This document shows, piece after piece, positions 41,413-56,560 of a stretch of DNA of 64,000 nt. The stretch is from NCBI RefSeq assembly GCF_009914755.1, contig NC_060930.1; one strand, written 5' to 3'. A program made the position numbers and the translations under genes. The DNA is from the human T2T-CHM13v2.0 reference genome, Homo sapiens. Numbering within the stretch: position 1 is the first letter of the stretch; each line of letters starts with the position of its first letter. The notes under the pieces are model-generated. The model was not told the origin of the DNA. It did not search any database and was given only the letters and a program-made list of their open reading frames with translations.

Positions 41413-43440
41413 AGTAGATGCATATGGACGAAACGCACCTGTTAAAAGACAGTGATTGTCAGACTACATTTAAAAAGGTTCCCATGATTTGCTGTTTTAA
41501 GAGGCATATTTAAATCAAAAGACACAGAGGTTAAAATGAGAAGAATGGAAAAAAGTTATAATAGAAGAACACTAATCAAAAGAAAGCTGATATATTAAAA
41601 TCAAATGAAGTCAGAGCATTGCTGGTAAATATTAATAACCAGCTCTGGGAGATGGGTGAGATTTGTCTCATCTGCTGCTTTCTGTGTGTTAATACTCTTT
41701 CATGACTGATTTCAAGCCACCAATGTGACATAACTGAACACTGAGTTTGGAAAAGATGTGGCCAATTGGCTCTTGTTAGTACAAGCCAGTTCCAGCAAAC
41801 CAGTGGACAAAGTTCATTATTAGGCAGAAGACATTACAAAGGCAAAGGCAAAGACAGACATGTCACAATGATAACAGTTTAAAAGTCATAGAAAGTTAAA
41901 ATTCTATGCACTTAATAATATATAAATATATAATACAAAGGTTGATAGACAATACAGAAAATAAAATCCAGGATAATAGTAGGTACATTTTAAGATATCT
42001 CTCTTAATTGATGGAATGAACAAATAAATTCAGTAAGGGTAGGGAAGATTTGAAAAACATGCTCAAGCCTGACCTAATGGACATGTATGAGGCATCATAT
42101 CTACAAGCTATAAAATATGCCTTCTTTTCAAGCAGAGGGAAAATAAACAAACATTGGATATATACTGTACTAAAATTCAAATCTGAATACATTGAAAAGG
42201 ACTGATAACATATGCATCATGTTCTCAGACTAATAGAGAAGTAAGCTAGAAATTAGTGTGAAAAACAAATGGAAAATCTTTATGTATTTGAAAAAAATTA
42301 TTCAAAATAACCCATATGTCAAAGAAGAAATAATTATCGTTATTAGAGAGTGTTTTTCTGAAATGATAAAATTACTATGTAATAAAACTTGTGGAATGAA
42401 ACTAAAGCAGTTCCTAATGGTAAAATGATATCATCAAAATGTTTATTTTAGAAAAAGGAAAAGCTAAGTATTAATGACCTATGCATCCATCTCAAAAGAG
42501 TGGTGTAAGAAAACAAAATAAAACCAAAGAAAATTAGAAAAAACAAAGATAACAGAGAGTAATAAAATGTGAAAGAGATCATAAATATAAATGAAAAAAA
42601 GAAATATAAAAGTCAAACTTTTTTGGAAAATACTGATAACAAAAACAGGTAAACAAACAGATGAGATTGATCCAATAAAGAAGACAAAATTAACTAATAT
42701 CAGAATTGAGAAAGAAGAACATTATGCTTTCTACAGACTTTCTACAAAATGTTCTATAAACATAAAAAAGTTAACAAGACGATATAATGAATAATGTTTT
42801 ATCCATAAATTTGAAGTTTGATATGAAATGCATAAATTTGTAGAAACGTGTAACTTACTATAACTCAAAAAGAGGTAGGATAATTAAATATTATCATAAC
42901 CTTAAAAAATTGAGTAGTCAAATATCTTTCTATGAATATCTTTATCTGGCTTTAACAGTGGGTACTATCAAACATTCAAGCAAAATGTAATTCCATTTTC
43001 CTACGACTCTTATAAAACTTGACAAAACGAGTATGAGAAAAAATTTATGGTCCGAGCTTGCTTATGAATATGAGTGTAACAATTAGAAAAAAAAATAGTA
43101 GCATATAGAATCCAGCAATGTATATGCAATGTATGACCCAGTTTGATTTATCTCAGGAATGTAGGGTTGGCTTAATATTTGAATATTGATTAAGGCAATT
43201 TATCACATTAATGAATCAAAGGAGAAAAACTATTTGGCAATCTCAATACACATAGAAGAAACAATAAATTTCTATGTTTATTCATGATTAAAAACTCAAC
43301 AAATTAGAATTAGAAATTTTCTTTACTTGAAAATTTCTTTACTTGAAAAAGAAGTTGTTACTTCTTTACAAGAAGAAAACAAACAAGCAAAAAAAGCTAA
43401 AATAGGCATTATACTTAATGATGGAAATGTGAAAATAGTC
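41413..43440 (+). mobile_element. Ancient L1M ORF2 5' region, decayed
   Basis: Degenerate endonuclease-to-RT region sequence, A-rich, no intact ORF. Confidence 0.7.
41615..41805 (-). mobile_element. MER63-type hAT element nested in the L1M
   Basis: tgctggtaaatattaataaccagctct...ccagttccagcaaaccagtg resembles reverse MER63A as I recall it. Confidence 0.6.
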
Positions 43441-45150
43441 GATGGATATTTGAGTTGTTCCCATGTCTTGGCTCTTGTGAATAATGCTGTAATCAGCATG
43501 GAAGCACAGATATCTATGGGGTGCTTATTTCATTTTTTGGGCATGCACCCAGCAAAGGAATTACTGGATAGTATGGTAATTCTATTTTTAATTTTTTGAA
43601 GAACTTCCATACTGTTTTCCAAAATAGCCGTAGTAATTTATATTTCCACCAACAATGTTCAAAGGTTCCCTTTTCTCCACAACCTTGCCAACACTTATCT
43701 GTTGTCTTTGATAATTGCCATCCTAACAAGTGTGAGGTAATAGCTCATTGTGGTTTTGATTCACATTCCCGTGATGATTAGAGCACCTTTTCATAGCTGT
43801 TGGCCATTTTTATGTCTTATTTGGAAAATTAACTACTTGGGTCCTTTGCCCATTTAAAAATTGGGTTGTGTTATAACAAAGACATAGAATCAATGTAAAT
43901 GCCTATCAATGATATAGACTGGATAAAGAAAATGTGGTACATATACACCATGGAATATTATGCAGCCATAAAAAGGAACAAAATCATGTCCTTTGCAGGG
44001 ACATGGATAGAGCTAGAATCCATTATCCTCAGCAAACTAATTCAGCAACAGAAAACCAAATACCACATGTTCTCATTTATAAGTGGGTGCTAAATGATGA
44101 GAACACATGGATACATGTCGGGGAACAACACACATGGGGGGCTGTTGGAAGGTGGGAGGAGGGAGAGCATCAAGAAAAATAGCTAATGAATGCTGGGCTT
44201 ACTACCTAGGTGATGGGATGATCTATGCAGCAAACCACCATGCCACATGTTTACCTATACAACAAACCTGAATATCCTGCACATGTGCCTCTGAACTTAA
44301 AATAAAAGTTGGAAAAAGAATCCAAGTACCAGACCTGCACAACCCATATGCAATGTGATGAGGCATGTAGCAGTGGGGACCGGGGTGCTTGTGCACCAGA
44401 GGTTGGGATGTGCAGTGGGGAAGAGATTCAAATCTGCTTGTGAGGTGTGATTATATAGTAGTCATGTAGTGCTTCCTCAAAGTGGGGCTTAAATTGCATA
44501 CCAAAGACAAAGTATAAGCACCCCGGCTAGACAGCCTAATATGCTATTTCATAACAAATTTAAAAGAAAGACAAAGGAGTCTTCTGTGGGTTTTGTCCAA
44601 ATGGGAGGGGTAAAATTCCCTCTTAAGGGTATTGCATTTGCACATGCCTGGGGTTGACCAGAAGGACTCCATCTGGGTTATTACTCATGAGTGCTTAAGT
44701 GAAACCCATAGGTGGGGGGGTGGCTAAAACCACAATGCTAATGTTATGTTAATGACATTATAATGAGCTGGGCTAAATTAAGGACATTTATGTACCTATA
44801 TGTTTCAAAATTGAGATCATATTGTTTGTAAAATTTTTAATATAACATTGTGTCATCTTTCCAAGTCACTACTAGTCTTTGAAAACTTTTACTTTAAATA
44901 GCTGCATGTTATAAACTTTAATAATCATTTAGATTGTTTCTATCTTTTTCTAAATAAAGGTGTGCTTCAGTAAAAATAAAATAAAATAAAATAATAAAAT
45001 AAAATAGGGTTGTGGTTTTTTTCATTGTTTGATTTGGTTTGGTTTCTTTGCCAGTGAATTTTGTGAGTCCCTAGCATATTTTGGACATTAACCCTTTACA
45101 AGATACATGGTTTGCAAATATTTTCTCCCAATCCATAGGCTGCCTTTTCA
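43441..45150 (-). mobile_element. Old L1M (L1MA/MB-like) fragment split by a younger insertion at 43871-45000
   Basis: Reverse L1 sequence runs to 43870 and resumes at ~45001. Confidence 0.75.
43871..45000 (+). mobile_element. 5'-truncated L1PA 3' end plus ~650-bp 3' extension and (AAAAT)n tail
   Basis: L1 to ~44317; non-L1 sequence to 44971 with AATAAA at 44953-44958; A-rich tail; TSD AAAAT(T/A)GGGTTGTG at 43857-43870 and 45001-45014. Confidence 0.85.
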
Positions 45151-48100
45151 TTTTGGGAAGGTCTCATGGAAATTGATTGTAAATGGAGTTAAAGTCATAG
45201 GTAGATAGAAATAACATTAGCAAAGACATGAATTCATTTTACTCTCTCTGAAACAAAGAGAGTGAGTGTTTGGATAAACTCAGAGAAACTTTGAAGTAGA
45301 GAGAAGATACTTCAAATGAAGTCAAATGACTTCTATTTTCTCAGTAAGTAGAAGGAGGTGATAATAGTAACAGTGGTAGTTGCTATAGCCATCTTAGGAG
45401 TTAGCACTTATTGAGCATCTTTGTAGCAGATACCTCGTTAAAAACTTTAGCTCTTCAAGGCAGACTTGGCTATTATTATTTTTATTTTATAGGCAAGAAA
45501 ACCATAAAAGGGAGTAATATTTGAGATTGAACAATTTGCAAACGTAACAAAATTAGTAAGTGGCAGAGCTGTTCTGTGCAGAATGAAGTTCTGTGCAAGC
45601 CTTACAGCTTCTGCTCTTAACTACATTGTTATCACTGCTTCTGTGAATGAAGGGAAATCATGCTGCAGGCTCAACGGTAGAGGGAAGTTTTGGAAATCTG
45701 GCTAGGGGACTAGTTTAGGGAATCAGATATAAATATGACTATGGAATAGCTTGTAGGGCCTAGCTAACTTTATAGTGCAGGAACTTGTTTTGTGGCAACA
45801 CTCCGTTTGAGTTTCTCTAATAAAACTTGTAGGCTCAGGAATGAGAGTAGAAAAAGCAAAAGCTAAGTTTTCCTAGAGTGAGATTAACAAAGCCAATGGG
45901 ACAGAGGTCAAAGAGCAAGATTTCTATTGTACCATCAAGAAGACTGTTGAGAGTGGTTCAGTGGCAAACTATATAGGACTTAGGATTTATGTGAGCCTAT
46001 TGAGGCCTGGAATAGCCTGAAGAATCGGACAAAATGGCAGAGGCTGAGGGACTGATGTTTTGATAACAGGATCAGATCCAATAGAAAGAAGGCAGGGAAA
46101 TTATTGAAAAGGGGGTGTTTCAGAATCTTATATCTCCAGAGGCTGAAAAGACTGCAAATCTGGAGGTGAAATTTCAGTGTTTTGATAGTGGGGTGGAGGG
46201 AGTGATATTTTTGAGGGGGGTGGTTTTGAAGAGATTTTCCCATTGTGTCAAGTTACACCCATTAAGCAATGTCCTGCCTTTAGATACATAACACACTGCT
46301 AAATAAGCTACTTACTACTAAACTTAGAGTTTGGTCATGGGCATTTAAAATGACACTATCAATAAACAACTCCAGTTCTTTGAGTTCAAGACGTTACACC
46401 TTTTTTTTTTAAATGAAAAATAGAAACCCTAAGATAGGTTCCTCCATTTCTAGCACAGAGCTGAAGGATCTGACCAGCTATTCTGAGATCAGTTATGAAA
46501 ACAGATGTTAGAAATGGCCCAGAACCAGCAGTCATCTGGTAGTGTTAGCAGAGGAAAGTTGGCTTTTGAGTTAATAGTAAAAACCACACTAAGTCCTCTC
46601 ATCATATTATAGTGGACTGATTATTATTAATAGATTAAGTAGATGTAAGATACAACTGGATACAGGTCACATCCCAACTTTGGTTCTAACCCTCTCACCT
46701 CAAATGATTTCAGAAATATTACTTGGCACTCTCTGCCTTAGGTTTCCAACCATAAATGAACGCAAATTAGTTTGAACTTTTATTTAAAAAGATATGTTAA
46801 TCTAAATGATTGTTAACATAATTACTGTCCGCAAAGTGTTTTGATCAGGTCTAAACTGATCTGGGTACAATGGGTTAATAATAGTGTCATAGTATTTCAT
46901 AGTTCAACTTAATTAAATGTATCATTTACTTGTTTATAAATGCAGCAGGAAGCTTAAGACAGACAAATTAGTTCTACATGTGTTATTTTCTTCATGTAGT
47001 TAAAATATTTCTGAAGCAGAAACTTTTCACTAATTTTGAGGTTCTGACTTTTCTCCACAAAATTTCTTTTGGTTTAGTTTTCCTTAACTCTTTTCCTGGG
47101 GGCAATTATGAAAATAGATGCTGGCTATGGTGAAGAGAATTAAGATGGCTGAATGAAGAAAATGAAGTCGGAATGAATTAAGATGACTTTACAAAGGCAC
47201 ACAGAAAGACATTGTTTCCTCAAGAATGAGTGAATGTAAATGGGAAAATATTTATTGACTGAATACAACCATATGCTTCGAGGCAGCATTGCTGTTCCTT
47301 AGCTCTTTCATATTCTTCTTACATTCCCTATGGCTGGAAGAGAGGAGCAATAGAGGGAGAATATTCTCCGTAAATAATTACAGCGGCACATTCTGCTGCT
47401 AGTTCAGAGCTTGACAGCAGCATTTCCATATATGAATTCTCATTACCAGGGCTGTGCCAATCAACCTCATCAACTCATTGTGAGATAAGCTTGGAAGTTG
47501 CGTTGGACTCAAAGCAGAGTGCACCCTCCTCCTTTATTACAGGTTTCATCTGCCTTGGTGCTCTTGTTTTGTGAGGCTGAAATCCTAGCCTTGGATGAAA
47601 TGATCTTCTTAGACAGAGAACTTAGGTCCAGTGGTTGCTGAAAACTGTCCACTGTGGAAGATTAAAACTCACATTTTGGTCAGGGTTCTTTTCTTTCAGC
47701 AAATTGCTTTGTGTTTTTCTAAGGCTTGGTACCACAAGTTCCTTCCCCACGACTGCAGAGGTCTTTTCTACCCTTAAGCAAGAAGGGGCGGTGTGGATGG
47801 AGACCTCACTTACCCCTGAGTGTGATACTTTATAATATAGTGAGGAGGTCAGGACTTTTAGTATGGTCATTACAACATGTATTCTCAATTAAAATATAAG
47901 CCTAGAGACTACTGTGAAAAATAAACTTTCTTGCTTCAGATGAATTATTTTAAAACAATAAAATATATGAAAATGATAGTGGCACCAAAGGTATAGAGAA
48001 TCTGAATTTCCAGACATAATTAGTATGCAAATACAGCTGATGTTCAAGGTGGTTGCATTCTCATGATTAAACAGAAACGGCTAAGAAAGTAGTAGGTCAT

Positions 48101-49924
48101 TTCAGCCCTGTTTAATTAGCTCTCACATGCAATAGTCCCTTAGTGACACAAGCCTAAAGGGGCCACAAGGCAGCAAGTGTTTTTTATTACTAAAGCAAAT
48201 ATATAATCTAATAAATGGTTTCAGGTGTGCTGCCACAGATTGTTCATTTGTACGTGAAGTATCTTCAATTTACATAGTTTCAACTTTAAGGACATCCTCT
48301 TAGACACAGTTGAACAAGAAAGTCTGTCTGGGACCTTTGAATGACACTGACTTGAGACTAGCACAGATGAACAAAGTATAGGGGCTGTACAGTTAATGTG
48401 CCTACCATTAGGCAGCTATCTCAGGTATGTTCTCTGTTAATGAAGCCACAATGAAGCAAAATACCTTTTGTGTAATTTCATGAAATGAGAGCATACACCA
48501 ATAGTAAAGGATTGGCAAGAAGTGGAGTGTCTTAAAATGCAAATTCCCTGACATCTCACAGCTACTAAAATAATTATCCTATCTTGGTGAACTAATAATA
48601 ACTTAGTTAAAGGTTTCATTTAGTATAACCAAATGTAATGTAAAAGACACATACTAAGATAAACATTATTTCCATTTTAGGACTTGGCAAGGGTAAATTT
48701 TCTTTTTTCTCTTTCTCTTATACATTGAATGTCACAAGCAATTAAATGAAATTATTTAGGTGAAATGGAAAAGTAAGAACATAAAAGCAGTGATGCACAT
48801 ATCAGATGCAACTGGTATTTCCATTATGAACCTCAAAGAAAGGAGCCTTGGTGTCTTTTTGAAGTAATTGTTCTTTGAGCTCTTCAACTGTCTTTTTTTG
48901 TGCTAAAACAATTTTATTTAATGAATATTTTGAAATCAAAGCTATCTCACCTTTATGTATCTGTGAAAAACTACATTCAGAATCTGCAAAACTTAAAAGA
49001 AGCCTTTTGAAATATTGGCATGTCTTTAAATCATTGTATATTCTGTATCTAGCACAGTATTGGGTATATGGTAAGCATTCTGTAGAATCAAATTGGTAAA
49101 AAGTCATCTAAGGGCATAGGAAAACTTTTGAGAAACAATTTGGCAATATGAATCAAATACCATAAAGCTGTTTACATTGCTTTGACTCAATAATTTTACT
49201 TCAGTGAATTTATGCTGAGTCTTAAATACTGAGGCTTATGTGCAAAGCTCTTTATTGCAATGTTATTTGCCATAACAAAATAATTAGTAACAATTAGTTT
49301 TCTTTTGTTGAATATTTAGATAAAGCAAATCTTGACACATTTACTGAAAGAAACATTATGCAGCCAATAAAATGATGCTTGTCAAAATTAGATGGCAATG
49401 TAGAACATTTATATGACATAATAAAACTACAAAAAGGCTGCTATAAAATTTGTGTGTGGTAGAACTGCAATTATGTAAAAATTAAATACACATACCTAGA
49501 AAAAGTAGTGCTGGCATAGGTTGTGTTTGGATGGAACTACTATTGGTAATTTTCATCTCCTATTTTTTCAAAACTACTCATCTTTTAAAATGAAACGTTG
49601 AATTTAGCTAAACACCCAATCGTTATGCTTACCAGCTAGTTGTGTTGAATTGAACCTTTCTTTTCTCTCCCCAAACACTTTTCTATGTAAATACACTCAT
49701 GGTGGTTAATTGGTTACAAATAAGAAACCAGTTGGCTGAGGTAAAACTTTAATTAATATAGACCTCAATAATTGAAGATTAACATATATTCACAGATCTA
49801 ACACATCTAAGATACTTATGAAATAAAAAGCCCTAAATGAGTAGCAAGTTAGGTTTTTTTTTTTTTTTCCCCTAGTATGGCTAACTGGAGACAATGGATG
49901 CCAGTTCTCCTTAGAAAGAAGACT

Positions 49925-50295
<371 letters not shown>

Positions 50296-52020
50296 TTACA
50301 CAGAATTTCAAGAGGAAAGTGCTGGAGCCTAGAGGAGAACTCACCAGAAGAAACTAGGGCACAGGAAAAGAAGGAAGCAAGAGGTTGTCAGAGATGAAAC
50401 CCAGAGGGGCTTGGTATTTCATGAAAAGGATTAGCGGGAGTGTTTTTGTTTCTCCTTGCCCTGGTGGCAGATCCTTGGTATCTGAAATGTCAGAGAGCTC
50501 CTCTGTCCTCATGAACCCAAACACTGGTGTGGCAGTGATTTGGTGACTTCTTGAGGGCATTGCACTAGTATACCAGCATGTACAGGGTTGCTTGTCCTCC
50601 TTCTCTACCCAAACTGCAGTGGCAGGCACGATTCTTGGGCTGCATCCATTGAATGACTGAGTTCTGCCCAGGAAATCTCAGCCCTTGTGTTTCCACATTG
50701 CCAATTCCTCACAGGCATTCCCCAGCATCTGCTAAAATTGCAGCAGCCACATAGGGCTGGGTGACTCCAAGAGAGCTGCAGTATTCCTCTTGTTCCAGCC
50801 CTCAGGGAGTGCTGCTCCTAAAGGAAAAGAGTGCAGTGCACCAAGGGAGCACCCCTTTGCACAAAGGAACCCAGAGTGTGTGCTTTCTGGTGCTCAAGAG
50901 CTTCCCGCTTATGGACTGAGAGTAACTGCACTGCTTCTAGAGGAGATGTGGGTGTTGTGTTCAGCCCTATGGGGAAGAGTATGGTCCACCCCAGCAGTCA
51001 GGCAGCCTCAGTGCTGAGGCACAGGAATGGAGAGGGGGACTACTCATCTCCCTACCCCACCCACTGTTGTGGATACAGTTGTGGATACAGGCTGCTCTTC
51101 CTGAAGGTTACGGCATGTGTAATCTTGCTAGAATAAAGGACAGCCATTCTAGGGGTAGAATGGAGGACAGCCATTCTAGGGCTATTGGGAATTACTGCAT
51201 CCCTGCTGGCTATGTGCCTACCAGGCTGGGGCTTGCAGGAAAGGTAAGGTGTCTCCCCTTCTGTCATGGAGTGGCAGTGTTCCTGTTGCATAGAACAGGG
51301 CTGAGGGAGGAGGTTCTGCACCACAGACATTTTAGTGGAGAGCCATGGGGCAACCATTTTTTTTTCTTTTTTTTTTTTTTTAATGGCCATTGGCTAAATT
51401 GGAGCTTGGAGATAGGCAGTGGTGTCTGTACAATCTGAGTGTCCTGAGAGCTGGGCCAGGAATATGACAGGGAAGAAGACTGTGTTTCTGCCTGCCCAAG
51501 CCATGGAGCTGAGGTAGCTCCCTCTCCTCACTGGGGAGACCTCAGCACATTTCACCGGGAGCTTCCCTTGCCACCCCTCTTAGGGCTTGTTTGTGCCTGC
51601 CATTGGGGTATCCAAGGGTGGGCTTGGCAGTCCAACTCCACACAGCATTGTCTCTCACTTAGGTGCTGAGGGAGCTCAGGCCACTGTGCATTCCATAGAT
51701 CAGCCCATTGCCTGGAACAATGGAGAACCTCTCCTGGTAAACAAAGATCAAGCATATACCTATCAGCTTCTGCTTCAGCTGGCTCTTACCAGTAAGTAAG
51801 TACTACCTGCTGGCCTGGAGATGGAACTGCACAACCTAATACACAATCTGCTGGCACAAGTGCACAGTGCTGGCTTCCTGAGACCTCTGCCATATTGGCA
51901 CCATAGGAGACAATGAACTTGCTCACATGCCTAGTACAAAGGCTACCTACAACTAAGGAACTCATATAGAGTCATTGCCAGTGAAAGCACCCAGAACCAA
52001 AGCCAAAAGACTATTTTTCT

Positions 52021-52079
52021 CCCTTCAGGATGTAACTATAATGTATATACAACATACATTATAGTTACATCCTGAAGGG
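52021..52079. repeat. Perfect 26-bp inverted repeat with a 7-nt loop
   Basis: CCCTTCAGGATGTAACTATAATGTAT-atacaac-ATACATTATAGTTACATCCTGAAGGG. Confidence 0.95.
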
Positions 52080-55000
52080 GAAAAAATCCTGTCCAAATGC
52101 AAATAAATTCAAAAATGAAAGAAGAGGTAGTTTATGCAGATAAGAAGAAACTCTGTGAAACTCTGGTGAAAAAACAGAGGGTTACAGGATCCCCAAAAGA
52201 TTACACTAGCTCTCCCACAATGGATCTTAACCAAAATGAAATCTTTGAAATACCAGATAAAGAAGTCAAAATATTAATTTTAAAGAAGCTTAATGAGCTC
52301 TAAGAGAAAGTTGAAAACAAATACAAAGAAATCAGAAAAACAATTCAAGAAGAAATTTACTAAAGAGATAAATATTTAAAATAAAAAACCTGATAGGATG
52401 TCTGCAAATAAAAAATTCATTGAAGGAATTACAAAATGCTGTAAAAAGTTTTAACAATAGACTAGACCAAGTGAAAGAAAGAATATCAGAGCTTGAAGGC
52501 AGATTTTTGAATTAACCCAGTCAGACAAGAATAAAAAAATTTTAAAAAGGACAAAGCCTTCATGAAGTGGGGGATTATGTAAAACATCCAAACCTATATG
52601 TAATAGGTATTTCTGAGGGAAAATAAGAAGTAAAAGGATTGGAAAATATAATTTAGGAAATTCAGGAAAACTTCCCTAATTTTACTAGAAATTTAGACAT
52701 CCAGTTATAAGAGGCTCAGAGAACTCCAGAAACATCCATTGCAAAATGAACTTCACAGAGATATATAGTCATCAGATTATCCAAAATCAGTGTGAAGAAA
52801 AAAATCCTAAAATCAGCAAGAGAAAAGCCTCTAATCACCTATAAGTGAAATCTCATAGTATTAGCAGCAGACTTCTCAGCAGAAACCTTAAAAACAGAAG
52901 AGACTGAGGTCCTATTTTCAGACTGCATAAAGAAAAACTGTCAACAATAAATTTTGTACCCTGAAAAACTAAGTTTCATAAATGAAGGGGAAATAAAGTC
53001 TTTCCCAGACAAGCAAATGCTAAGAAAATTTGTCACCTCTAGACCACCCCTATGAGAAATGCTCAAGGGAATTTTAAATATGGAAATGAAAAAACAATAT
53101 TTGCCATCATAAAAACAAACATAAATACAATACAGGTGTTATAAAAGTACACAACTGAGACTACAAAGCAATTAGGTAACAGTTAACAGTATAACAGAAA
53201 GAAAACTCCACATATTAATATTAACCTTGAATGTAAGTGAATTAAATGCTCCACTTAAAACTATAAAAATTGGTGAAATGGATTAAAAAACAAGGTCCAA
53301 TGATGTGCTGCTTATAAAAAACTTGGTAAAACACTCATAGACTGAAGCTAAAGGGGTAGAAAAAAAATTCTATGTAAACAGAAACCAAAAGTGGGAAGGA
53401 GTAGCTATAGTTATACAAAATAAAACAGACACTAAATCAACAGCAGTAAAAAGAGACAAAGCAGGTCATTATATAATGATAACGGGATCAATTTAACAAG
53501 AAAATATAACATTTCTAACTACATATGCACTCAAAACCAGATTCATAAAACAAATTCTACTAGACCTAACAAAAGAGGCAGCAATACAATAATATTGGGG
53601 GCCTTTAACATTCCACTGGCAACACTAGACAGCTCATTGACACAGAAAATCAACAAAGAAACAGTGGACTTAAATTGTATTGTAGACCAAATGGACCTAA
53701 CAGACATTTATGGAACATTCTACTTAACAACTGCAGAATATACATTCTTCTCATTAGTGCATGGAACATTTTCCAAGAAAAACCGTATGTCAGACCACAA
53801 AACAAGAATCAATAAATTTAAATAAATTGAAATTATATCAAGTATCTTCTCAGAGCATAGTGGAATAAAACTAGAAATCAATCCCAAGAGGAACTCAAAA
53901 CAATGTAAGTACATGGAAAGAAATAACCTACTCCTGAGTGATCTGTGGGTCAATGACAAAATTAACACGGAAATTAAAAAAAATTGAAACTTACGAAAAT
54001 AGAGACACAACATACCTCTGGGATACAGCCAAAGCAGTGCTAAGAGAGAAGTTTATAGTGTTTTATGCTTACATGAAAAGATAGAAAGATCACAAATTAA
54101 CAACCTAATGTCACACATCAAGGAACTAGAAAAACAAAAACAAATCACACCCAAAGGTAGAAGTAAATAAATAACAAACATCAAAGGAGAACTAAATGAA
54201 ATGGAGACTAAAAAAAAAATAAAAAGCATCAATGAAATGAAAAGTTGTTTCTTCAAAAAGCTAAAGAATATTGAAAGACTGCCAGCTAGATTAACCAAGA
54301 AAAAAGCAAGAAAATTCATATAAGCACAATCACAAATGAAAAAGACAACATTACTACTGATACCACAGAAATACAAAAGATCATCAGAAACTTCTGTGAG
54401 CATCTCTACCCTCACAAACTTGAAAACCGAGAGGAAATGGATAGATTCCTGGAGACATACAACTTCTCAAGGTTGAACCAGGAAGAAATAGAAATCCTGA
54501 ATAGAACAATAATGAATAGTGAGGTTGAATCAGTAATAAAAAAATCTCCTAAGAAATAAGAGCCCAGGACCAGGTAGATTTACAGCTGATTTCTACCAGA
54601 CATACAAAAAAGAATGGGTACCAATCTTACTGAAACTATTTCAAAAAATCAAGGAGGAGGGAATCCTTCTTAGCTCATTCTATGAAGCCAGTGTCACCCT
54701 GATACCAAAGCCAGGCAAGGACGCAACAAAAAAAGAAAACTAAAGACCAATATCCCTGATTAACATAGATGCAAAAATCCTCAACAAAATAGTAACAAAT
54801 CTAATCCAACAGCACAAGAAAAAGACAATAACCATAATCAGATGAGCTTTATTCCAGGGATGCAAAGACGGTTCAGCATATACAAATCAATAAATGTGAT
54901 TCACAACATAAACAGGATTAAAAACAAAAACTATAAGATCATCTCTTTAGACACAGAAAAAGCATTTGATTAAATATAGCATCACTTCACAATAAAAGCC

Positions 55001-55505
55001 ATCAAGAAACTAGACATAGAAGGAACATACCTCAAAATAATTAAAGCCGTGTATGACAAACCCACAGCTAACATCGTACCGAATGGGGGAATATTTGAAA
55101 GCATACCCCTAAGAACTGGAAGAAGACAAGGATGCCCACTTTAACCACTCCTATTCAACATAGTGCTGGAAGTCCTAGCCAGAGTAATCAGGCAAAAGAA
55201 AGAAATAAAGTATTCCAAATTGGAAAAGAAGGAGTCGAATTATCTGTTTGCTGCTGATGATATGATCTTATACGTAGAAAATCCTAAAGACTCCTCCAAA
55301 AGACTCCTAGATTTGACAGATGAACTCAGTAAAGGTTTGGGATACAAAATCAGCCCATAATATCAGTAGCATTTCTACACACCAATAATGATCTACAAGG
55401 AGAGTTACAGAACACTGCTGAAAGAACTCAGAGGTGACACAAACAAATGGAAAATCATTTGATGGTAATGGCTTGGAAGAATCAATATTTTTAAAATGTG
55501 CATAC

Positions 55506-55995
<490 letters not shown>

Positions 55996-56560
55996 TAATA
56001 ATCAAAACAGCATGGTACTGATATAAAAAGATATATATAGAATGGAACAGAGTAGAGAACCCACATACCTACAACCAGTTCATCTTTGACATAGTCGACA
56101 AAAATATACACTGGGGAAAGAAGACACTATTCAATAAATGGTACTGGGAAAATTGGATAGCCATATGGAGAAGAATTAAACTGGACCAATATCCCTCACT
56201 GTATATAAAAATTAGCCCAATAGAGATAAAAGACTTAAACATGAGACCTTAAAACTCTAAACATTATAAATGGAAACCTAGGAAAAACTCTTCTGGACAT
56301 TAGCCTACACAAAGAATTAGTTACTGAGAACTCAAAAGCAAATGTAACAAAACCAAAAACAGACAAATGGGACTTAATTAAAGTAAAATGCCTGTGCACA
56401 GTAAAAGAAATATTCAACGGAGTAAATAGATATCACACAAAATGGAAGAAAATATTGGCAAATTATGTACCTAACAAAGGGCTAATATCCAGAATCTATA
56501 AGGAACACAAACAACTCAACAGAAAATACTAAATAACTTCCTCAAGAAGTGGTCAAAGAA

